Below the pieces are notes generated by a model, which saw only the letters and a program-made list of their open reading frames with translations, did not search any database and was not told the origin of the DNA. This document shows, piece by piece, positions 54,490 through 64,000 of a DNA stretch of 64,000 nucleotides (its first letter is position 1; each line of letters begins with the position of its first letter). Origin of the DNA: Batkoa obscura (taxonomy: Eukaryota); assembly GCA_030770535.1 (NCBI GenBank), contig JASVEC010000010.1, positions 806,001-870,000 of the forward strand, given 5' to 3'. The position numbers were made by a program, and so were the translations under genes.

Positions 54490-57400
54490 ATGCCAGAAAC
54501 TGAAAAAACGCCTTTGGTTTCCAAGGCAGCCATAAGAAAGTATCGAAGTATCCAATCATCTTCTCGAAATAAACAGAAGGGAAGCTTGATGCGAAGTAGG
54601 ACCACTACTGTCAACAAAATTCAATATCGCAAACCAAAGACTTTTAACTCTTTTGATGATGATTCTTCCAGTACAAAATCAGTACCAATTAAAGAGAGTA
54701 CCATCAGGGAGTTAGCGTATGAGAGCTGGAAAGAATCTGCTCATAAAGTTTTTGAAAACTGGGAAGATATGGGACAGAAACCTACTTTGCGTCAGCGACT
54801 TGCTTTTTATTTGGATACTTCTAATGTTGGAAGATACTGGGATCTCTTAGATTTTACTATTGGATTTCTATTTGCTTCTATTTATATTTGGGTAATTAAG
54901 TTCGTTTTTATTCCACTTTATTCTAACATCCTGTAGAATACTCAATATGCTAACCTAGATGGCAAAGATCAAAAAATTCTACCTTTGCCTCATTTTACTG
55001 GATTATTTCTTGGATTATTATTATTGCTTCAATGGTTACCCAGGCTTTATGTTTCTTCAGACATCCTTGAAGAACTTACGAAGCCTTTTTCTCTACTTAC
55101 TCTGATTTCAACCATTCCACCAATTGCCATTTTAGCTTGTGATTATTTTATTACTAGCATTAACTTAACAAAGACCTATATGCTTAGTGGAGGTTTTGTA
55201 AGTATTTAATATTATATTATCATTCTTTTTATAGCTTGTTTTAGGCCTACCTATACCCATTTCGTTTCATGAGGCTTCATTATTCTCTCGTTAAACTCCT
55301 TATTCCAGTTAAAAATTCATTTTTTAACTTATCCATGCTGGCTAAAAAAACCATACAGCTTTGTAATCTAATTCTTATTAATTAATTAAAATTAACTTTT
55401 TTAGGCTCAACCATCTTGGCTACCATTTTATTCACTACGTCTATTATCCATATTACAACGATTAAAGAATTGAAGCCAGAAGATGTAACTTCACCTTCAG
55501 ATATACCAACTTTTTTTGACGTCTTCTTTTTCACAGCAGGTAAATAATTAACAAATAAGTATTGTATATTTATTTGACTATTGAAAAAGTTAGTAGTACT
55601 TCTGGTTTTAGCTCAAAAATAGCAGCAAAGAACGTGATAACTAGACTTGTTATTCTTTATATAATGGTAGCTGGAGCTTTATTCTTACCTGGTAAGATCA
55701 GTGAGCTCTTATCCATTTTGAATAAGCGCTCAGTTTATGATAAGCCTTTTGAAGCTGAGTCAAATGAACAACATATCCTTGTTGTTGGTGATTTTGATTT
55801 TAACTCTTTATTTGAATTTTTGAGAGAATTTTTCTGTGAAGATCATGGTCTCCAAACTATGAATTCTACTATAGTTATTCTTAATCCTAAAGAGCCATCC
55901 GAAGAAATAATCGGAATTCTTAATGATCCAGCATATCACTCTCGTGTTCAATATGTAAAAGGAACACCAACTTCATTCCGTAGTTTAACCAAAGCACAAG
56001 CCTCTAGAGCTAAAGCATGTTTTGTTCTTACTGATAAATTTTCCAAAAGCGATGATCATGACTCTGATGCAATTTCGGTAATGTTGGCTTTGGCAATTAA
56101 AAGGTTTAATAAGAATATCAAGCTTTATGCACAAGTTAGTCTTCCAGAAAATAAGCCTCATTTCAATCAATTAGCTCGTCAAGTAATTTGCGTCCAAGAG
56201 CTACGCTTTGGTATGACTGCACAGAATTTATTGAATCCTGGATTTTCTACTCTTTTATATTTACTTTCCACTTCATTAACTGAAACTACTTGTACCGAGC
56301 TCTCCTTATCTTTGAAACTTAAGCCCGAGCTTAGTTGGTTAAAAGAGTATATTGATGGAGCTTCTCATGAAATTTATTCAATCAATTTTGCTGAATGTTT
56401 TGTTGGAATGAAGTTTATCGATGTTGCCGAAATGATTTATCGCTATTTTGGAATTACTCTATTTGCTATTGGCCTCTCTGGTCAAAAGTCTAGCAGTACT
56501 TACAAACGTAAAATTTATCTAAATCCTCATTCCTATAAAATTGTTGGTACTGAAACTGGGTTCATCATGTCATCATCTGCTTATGATGCCAATCGAATTT
56601 CTAAACTAGGTGAAAAGGGAGCCCCATTCGATGAACATTCTTGCCTCTACTCTGAAGACATCAATTATTATTTCGAGGATGGTAAGAGCACTACCAAATC
56701 TACTCCAAAATCTACTCCAAAATCTACTCCAAAATCTGCTGAAATTGCTCCTGAAGCTGTAAAATCTGATAGTCCTATACAAACTCCAATCCCATTAGAA
56801 AGAACTGAAACTAAAGCATCAGCTACCGAATCTATGGATAAAGTTAAAAAGAACTTAGTGCTTGACTCTGGTGATAATTCTGAGGACGAAGCTAAAAAGG
56901 AAGCACCTAGCAATATTGCAGATCCTTTCTTTAATCTTGGCACTCCATTTGATAACGATATTAGCTCAGAAATTACAGAAGTGGGTAATCTTTCAGTTCA
57001 GGAAAGAAACATTGCTCAAGTTGTTTCTGAAATGATGAAAGAAAACAGCTATTTTGATGACCTTGGTGCAATTAATCATCTTTCTGGCCATGTAGTAGTT
57101 TGTGATAACTCTGATGTTTTCCCTAAATCTATGGATTATTTTGTAGGCACCCTTCGTGGACCTCATTTAAGTCAACAAATACCAATTGTTATTCTATCTA
57201 AAGCCGCACCAAACCCTCGTCAACGTTATGTGTTAGAGCAATTTGGAGACGTATATTTTATTCAAGGCTCTGCTCTTTCTCGTAAGATCCTTTTTTCAGC
57301 TGGGATATCCCGTGCCAAGAAAGCTGTTGTACTTTGTGATGATAAAGCCTCAGCTACCTCAAATCCTCGTACTGCCGATGCCTCTTCATTGTTGATTGTT

Positions 57401-58006
57401 TTAAACATAGAATCCATGGCTTTAGATCCTGATTTTTTCGTAGTTGTTGAATTCATTCATAGAGAGAACATGAAATTTGTTGGTGCTGGAGAAACTATTC
57501 CAGCTTCTGAAACTTATGCACAGGCTTTATTAAGGCCTTCCTTTATGGCTGGTCATGTCAATTCACCTTGTATGATGGAACCGGTTATCTGTCAAACTTA
57601 CTATGACGACTTTATTATTGATGTCCTTGATCGTTTAATTTTTGATCCCTATCTTGATTCATGGCGTAAAGTACAAGATGATTCCGTAGCTACACCATCC
57701 GTAAATGGCAAAATGGAAGATATTCCTATTACCCATGTTTTCACTTTAGAGTTACCTGAAATCTTTATTGGTAAGTTTAGTAAATAATTATTTTACTATT
57801 TTTAATTAATTCATTTAGGTCGCCCTTATTACCATTTAGTTTCTTGGTTAATGAAGTTTAAGAATTGCGTGCCATTAGGCTTATACCGTACACGTATCCA
57901 TCGTAACCGTCAAATCTCTTATGCTATTCCTAATCCTTCATCTCAACTTATTCTTATGGAGAAAGATAAGATCTATATCATTGCAGAACAAAAACCAACC
58001 ATTTAA
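54490..58006 (+). CDS. BK/Slo-like channel: 6TM-type core plus two RCK domains, atypical pore
   Basis: S4-like YPFRFMRLH, pore helix FFDVFFFT, RCK1 HILVVG..FLREFF...RVQYVKGT...A.ACFVL, GFSTLL, EYIDGASHEIY, RCK2 GHVVVC...YFIQGSAL, PSFMAGHV, PLGLYR. Confidence 0.88.
56692..56737 (+). repeat. 12-bp coding tandem repeat (AAATCTACTCCA) encoding KSTP units
   Basis: KSTTKSTPKSTPKSTPKS in the linker between the RCK domains. Confidence 0.85.
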
Positions 58007-58492
58007 CGATAGTTCAAGGATTGTTTTTATTTTGAAATGCTAATTCCATTGAAACTATGTTATTATTTGGGTTTTATTCACCTAATTAAATGTTATCTCA
58101 GTATTAATTTCTTATTCAAATTTGTTTTTAATTTTGGTTATACTTTTCAGCTTAATACTAATATTATAGCTAAATGTAATTGTGATAGAAAATATTACAA
58201 ATTTGACTAAATAGTTAAATTTTTAGCTACGTATAAAATAGATTACATTAAAAACAAGTTCCTTCCAGCTAAAATCATATTATAAAAATTACTGTAGTAC
58301 GCTTATTACAGTAGCTCATGTACAAGTTTGATTTTCACTGCTTTGAGTCCATCATAGTACTCATAAATAGCTTTTGATGTCATAAATAAAGAATCCTTTA
58401 TATAAAAAATCAATATACGCTTCAATAATTTTTTACTTTTTATAATTAATTTAACTAAAAATAAAATGCTAGAAATTAATAGAACCAAAGAG

Positions 58493-59263
58493 TTAAAGGT
58501 GCCATTTCATAGCCATAGTGCTGATAACTGAGTTTAAAATCGCCGGGTCTTCATTTTCAATTTCACTTAACGAAGCTAAATTATAAACCTAAAGCTATAA
58601 ATAACTTGCTTATAATAGTAACTTATCCAATACCTTTCTTAAAACTTTATAATCCGTTAACTTTTTAATCTCTATATCTATGTCTTCGTTTTGAATAGGG
58701 GTACTTTGAAAAACTGGACTTAACATCTTTTCCATCTTTTGGTTGTTAATTAATTATTTGAAATAATTATTAAATTTACCTGTTTTAAACTTAATTGATC
58801 CCTATCTTTGTTGTTAACTTTGATGACTATTATAGGGCGCGGGTTATCATTTAATCCAAAGAACTGAAAGCCTTCGTTTATCTATTTTATTTGTTTATAA
58901 AACGCTAACAAAACTTAATTTAAAAGTACCTTTGTAGTAGGATTTAAACAATAAATAATTTCACTCTCAATGCTTCTAGTTTTCATTTTTTTAAAACTAC
59001 AATTTCTTAACGCTCTACAGACAGCAGCTTTTAAATGAAATAAGTTGATTATCTTTCAACACTAGTTAGTATCACTTTTTATTGCTATATATTAACTCAT
59101 TAGATAATCAAAAACATACCATATCCGCTCTCACTAAAACAAATGCAACCTCATTTTCCAATACCTTAGGTAATATCTCTTTTTTTCCTAAAGTTACATG
59201 GTCATAAAGTAACACATTAACCACTTTATTTTCTCCATTGATATCGAAATTTAAACTTAACAT
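58493..59263 (-). CDS. CGI121: KEOPS/EKC subunit Cgi121 (multi-exon)
   Basis: IINLFHLKAAVCRAL...MKTRSIESEIIYCLNPTTK/INEGFQFFGL...VISTMAMK. Confidence 0.85.
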
Positions 59264-59474
59264 TTTAAAATAAGCTCTTTGTTTTAAAGGCAATGAAAAA
59301 AATAAAAATAGAAACTAGCTAATAAAATATTTCACTTTGACTTTATTAATTTCATCATTATCAAAAATCAAAAACCAAAAATCAAATTAAATCAAATTCC
59401 TATATTTTGCTTAAGCTTTATGCTATGATAAACTATAATTTTATTATGTTATCAGTAAGTTCTATTTTTTACTT

Positions 59475-60634
59475 CTATTTTTTAGTAATAAGTTCACTAT
59501 CAAACACTTCTCCTTCCATTGGGATCTCTTTTTCCAAAGTAGCAAGCTTAGAATCCTTATGAATATCCAACCACATAATTGACATATCATTAAAAGCATT
59601 GGGCTCTTCTTTCAACTCACTAAAAAGGTCACAGCAAAGTAGATTCTCTTGATTAAGGTAATCTAAGTTAAGAGCAATAAGTCAAATAAATAAAATCACA
59701 TTATCAAAAAAAGGATATAGTTAATATAGCAGGCGCTACTTTTTTAAGTTTGGTTTGAGGATGACTGTAATGATTAGAGCGTAGTTTAATTTATTTATTT
59801 GAGCTTACTTCAGGTAATAATTTGTAAGGTCATTGCCAATAATATACACTTTTTTTAAAAGGTTTATTTCCCAGTTTGAGGATAATACATTCTCATATAA
59901 TAACATAGGACAGTGTGGCATATAAAATAGAGTTCCTTCTTTTACCGCACGTTTTCCTTCCTTTATTTATTAATTCAGTTTGCTCTATTTAGGGACTAAT
60001 TACCTCATTTTTTTCTAAAATTTGAAATCCATAATCATTTAGGATTGTTTCTTCATCTTCAGTAAGGGGCAAAGGGTCATAATATTGTATACTGTTTACT
60101 ACCTAAAAATTGAATTATTTTGTATTTAAGGTAGAGGTCTTAATACTTTAAACTCTTGTTTAATGCTCAATAAAAAAGCTAGCTGCCAACGTGATAAGCT
60201 CGATTCTATTATTGAGCCAAGTCCATAGCAAATTATATCCAGTTTTAATAAATGTTCCTTTTTTATAACTTTAGATACTTTCTCTATTTTAAAACCATGA
60301 GTATTGTTGATTCTTTTGTTTAAATGTAATTATGTACCCTTACAATCTAACATAAAACTATTGTTTTCTCCTGTAATTAAATTTATCCTATTTAATATAA
60401 TTAGTTATAACGCTTTGATTCTATTAAATCCAAATACTACCTTTTTTCTTCAATATCTTCTTTTAGCCAAACTACATCCCTAGGTTTATTAATATCAGCT
60501 TTATTCTTTCTTATATTTACAATAAAACCTCCATTATCTTCTAGTGTATCTTCCTCTACTACTTGTTCCTTTTTCTTATTCTTTCGATTCTTCTTATTTT
60601 CAATAAATTTATATCTAAATCCTTTAGTTTCCAT
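59475..60634 (-). CDS. SRR1-domain protein (Ber1/SRRD-like)
   Basis: IICYGLGS...WQLAFLL, YDP, NE/EGKR...TLFYMPHC..LYENVL..NW...IIGN, AFNDMS. Confidence 0.88.
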
Positions 60635-60763
60635 GATTGTTGTAAATTATTGATAATAGTGAAACAACTTCTATTTAAAAAAACTAATGGCTTTAAAAAG
60701 TCAATTTTTGTTCTTTAAATTTCAATAATTTAAAAACAGTTTATTTTTGAACAATTCTTTTTA

Positions 60764-62455
60764 ATGGCAAGCATATACACATTAGAACCACCAACAAGGT
60801 AATCTTAGATATAACTGATAAAATAAAATGACTCAGATTTTAAAGTGGTAAAGTAATCTTGATAACTTCTGTTGGGGATATTGAAGTAGAATTATGGTGT
60901 AAAGAGTGTCCATTGGCGTGTCGAAACTTTATACAATTATGTTTAGAAGGTTATTATGACAACACCATATTTCATAGAGTAGTACCAGGCTTTATTGTCC
61001 AAGGCGGAGACCCTTCAGGCTCTGGGAGTGGTAGGCTCACTTTAATTATAACTAGTAAAGTAGAAATTAATATTTAGGTGGTATGTCAATCTATGGAGAA
61101 GCATTTAAAGATGAGTTTCATTCAAGATTGAAGTTTAATCGAAGAGGTTTATTGGCAATGGCAAATACTGGAGAAAAAAATGATAACAATTCCCAATTCT
61201 TTTTCACATTGGATAAAACACCAGAGTTACAATTAAAAAATACATTGTTTGGAAAGGTAAATTTAGATCAAATATTTTAGTCGAATTTGATTAATATATA
61301 ATTAGATAGAAGGCACAACTCTTTATAACATGCTAAAAATAGGGGAAGGGGAAGTAGAGGGACCTGATAGTGATCAACCAGTTTATCCAGTTAAATTGAT
61401 TTCAACCAAAGTTATTTTGAATCCATATGATGATTTAGTATTAAGGGATATATATAAAGAAGAGGCAAAAAGTGAGGCAAAAACGAAGAAGATAACAAAA
61501 AAAAAAAAGAGGTAAAACTAATTGATAATCTATTGAAAGTACTTACCTTTAATTATTATAGAAATATTAATCTTCTATCTTTTTCAGAAGATGTTGAGGA
61601 AATTCAAGGAGTAAGTGGCGGAATGAAATCTTCTCATGAGTTACTAACAAATGATCCAACATTATCAAAAGAAAAAGTCAAATCTGAAAAAGAAAGCCCG
61701 CGTATAACAAAGCAACCAAGAAGTGAAGCAGCTAAAGAAGGTAAAGATACATTAATTAACTAATAGTAATGATATTTATTTGTTAATCAAATAGCTGAAG
61801 TAAAGGAGAAGGAAACAGAAAATAAGGAAGTAAAGCGCAGAAGTAAAATCGAACAAAGGAAAGAGGAAACACAACTACAAATTGAAAAATTAGAAAGGGA
61901 TATCAAAGAGTTGAATAATTCAAAGAGGAAAGAAGATATTAAAGAGGATAAGAAAAAAGAAATAAGTGGAAAAGAAACACTTAAGCAAACTATTGAAATG
62001 TATAAGAAAAAAAACCAAATCAAATTAAAAGATAAGAAAAAGAATTCTGAATTTGTAAGAATTAATAAAAACTTTATTTTATAACTAAATTAATTAAATC
62101 ACTTTAGGTATTTGATAAATTATTACAATTTCAAAGTAAGTTAAATGATATCCAACCAATAAAGGAAGATAAAGTTAAAGGAGAAGAAGAGGAACAATTG
62201 TGTAGATTACATTCATTAGTTAATTGTGAATCATGTGAGGCCTTTGATAAAACATTTGAAAAAGGAATGCAAAAAGAAAAGACGATGAATGAATCTGGAT
62301 GGTTAGCTCATAAGTTAAGTTTTCCAATAGAGAAGAAAGTAGGCGGGGATAAATTTGACGATTATGAAGTCATTGATCCAAAGTTATTAGCTGCTGGGCC
62401 TATTGATAAGGAATTGGAACGCAAAAAAAACTATGATAAAAAAGCAAAATATTAA
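60764..62455 (+). CDS. CWC27: Spliceosomal cyclophilin Cwc27
   Basis: MASIYTLEPPT/SGKV...IEVELWCKECPLACRNFIQLCLEGYYD..IFHR...FKDEFHSRLKFNRRGL...NLLSF...CRLHSLVNCESC...WLAHKLSF. Confidence 0.93.
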
Positions 62456-62684
62456 ATTAATACAAAATTGGTATATAATTACTTTTAATTATTTATTTAA
62501 ATTATGACAAAACACTATCTTTTTAAATGATGTTTTTTACTAAGACTAATAACGAGAGAATGTAATGTAATATAATACCAGGTTATGTTTTTTTATATTA
62601 AAAAAACATGTCAGTTTTAATCTTGATTATGTTGTTAATATATTTAATTATTATAATCTTAGTTTATAGGTAAATTATATGTAT

Positions 62685-62782
62685 GGGGATGTTTTTTTTA
62701 GTTTAATTACTTTTTCCATCTTTTAAGCACTATTTGAGTGAAAAGATTATCAGTAAAATTCTTAAACAAAAAATACATCCCC
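62685..62782 (-). mobile_element. MITE
   Basis: gtat|GGGGATGT...ACATCCCC|atat. Confidence 0.8.
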
Positions 62783-64000
62783 ATATCAAGTAATAAAAAA
62801 ATTTATTGTAACTTAAATTTGATCTTAATAGCGCTTCACTGCGTTTTTTTCATATTTAACATTGTTATAACTTAATTACACATTACACATTATACTAGTT
62901 TAATGTGTTTAGTTTTTTTATAAACTGTAAAAGTAAAACAAAATAAAGTAAAATAAAATAAAATAAAACTTTAATATGACTTACTATGAGCATGAAACCT
63001 AAAGGGCTGTATTACCTGAAGCATTTTTTTAAATTTTATTTAAAATTTATCAAAATATTAAAAATTAAGGTAAATATTTTTGTAAAGTAAAAATAAATTG
63101 AATATTAAAAATTGAATAAACTAAAACAAAACCAAATGGTATATAAAATTAATATTAAGTTTTATACTGTAATTAAAATGACAATAAAATATTAATTTCT
63201 ACAATTTTTGTATTTTTATATTTTAAATTGACCACACGTTTGCCGTAAGCTTTTAAAACTATTTTACGACTTTTGATTTAGATAACAGATTATCTTATTT
63301 TTAGAACATCTTACAATTTTAATATTAAAAACCGGTATTTTTAAGTTAAATAGGTACTTGGTTTAATCTTCAAATAAATCAGAAAGTATTTATATTACTA
63401 TTATAACTATATTGTTAATTTCATAACATAATATAATATAACTAATTTAATATTAATTTAAAATATTATTTAAACTCAATTTATTTAAAATGTAAAAGAA
63501 TAAAAAATAACATCATCAAAAAGAATAATTTATACTTAACAAATAGAAATCTTTGATTAGATTGAAATTTTAATTTGTTTTAGATCGTTTGATAGAATCA
63601 ATCTCTCGATCTGGGTGGATTTAACTTAAAAAGTAATACAATCACAACTTGAATTTAATTTAGACGTAATCAAAAACATTACATTTAAAACTATTTACTT
63701 TTTAATCTTTTTATAACTTTTATCAGTTTGATATTATTTAAATCATGTCCTATCTATTACGTAGCTTAAACAAAAGTTTGTATACTACTAGTAAGCTTTT
63801 ATTGTACTACTTTAACTTGATAAACATAAACTAACATCTCTTTTTACCTACTTCAGTCCCTCAAAGATATTTTTCTAGAGCTTTAGCTACTACTTTAAAC
63901 ACCAATGGCCCTTCTTCAAAAGGGTAAGTCAACCTCATTTATAACTTAACTCAAATATTGACATCTCCTTTTAGTCCTACTGGAGTGTTATTATTAAACT

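Overview
AT-rich eukaryotic DNA with many ~45-60-nt GT-AG introns. The gene content fits an early-diverging fungus (possibly Zoopagomycota/Entomophthorales; inference only). Two gene-dense arms flank a ~26-kb island with no host protein genes that I could recognise. The left arm (2-28 kb) holds MIC10, SMC4, TBCE, an ankyrin protein, a divergent cyclin, a PHD protein, a subtilisin, an aldo-keto reductase, SRP68, MOB1, ATX1, a hypothetical protein and Asn synthetase. The right arm (54-62.5 kb) holds a BK/Slo-like channel, CGI121, SRR1 and CWC27. The island (28.2-54.4 kb) carries a tRNA-Ala gene near its left edge and contains: four near-identical copies of a ~2.4-kb Sola-like DDD cut-and-paste transposon (GGGG...CCCC ends, 4-bp TSD), only one with an intact ORF; many copies of a ~99-bp MITE sharing its termini (>30 copies across the whole window); four solo-LTR-like elements; and a decayed LINE. 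The most notable structures are: (i) a tail-to-tail transposase palindrome folded at a natural 8-bp hairpin, a candidate hairpin-RNA 'killer' locus; (ii) a MITE that carries intron-like signals and sits inside its putative cognate transposase in three copies; (iii) a 1.7-kb inverted duplication bounded by TE ends; (iv) a BK-like channel with a non-canonical selectivity filter. All calls are by eye, without database searches.
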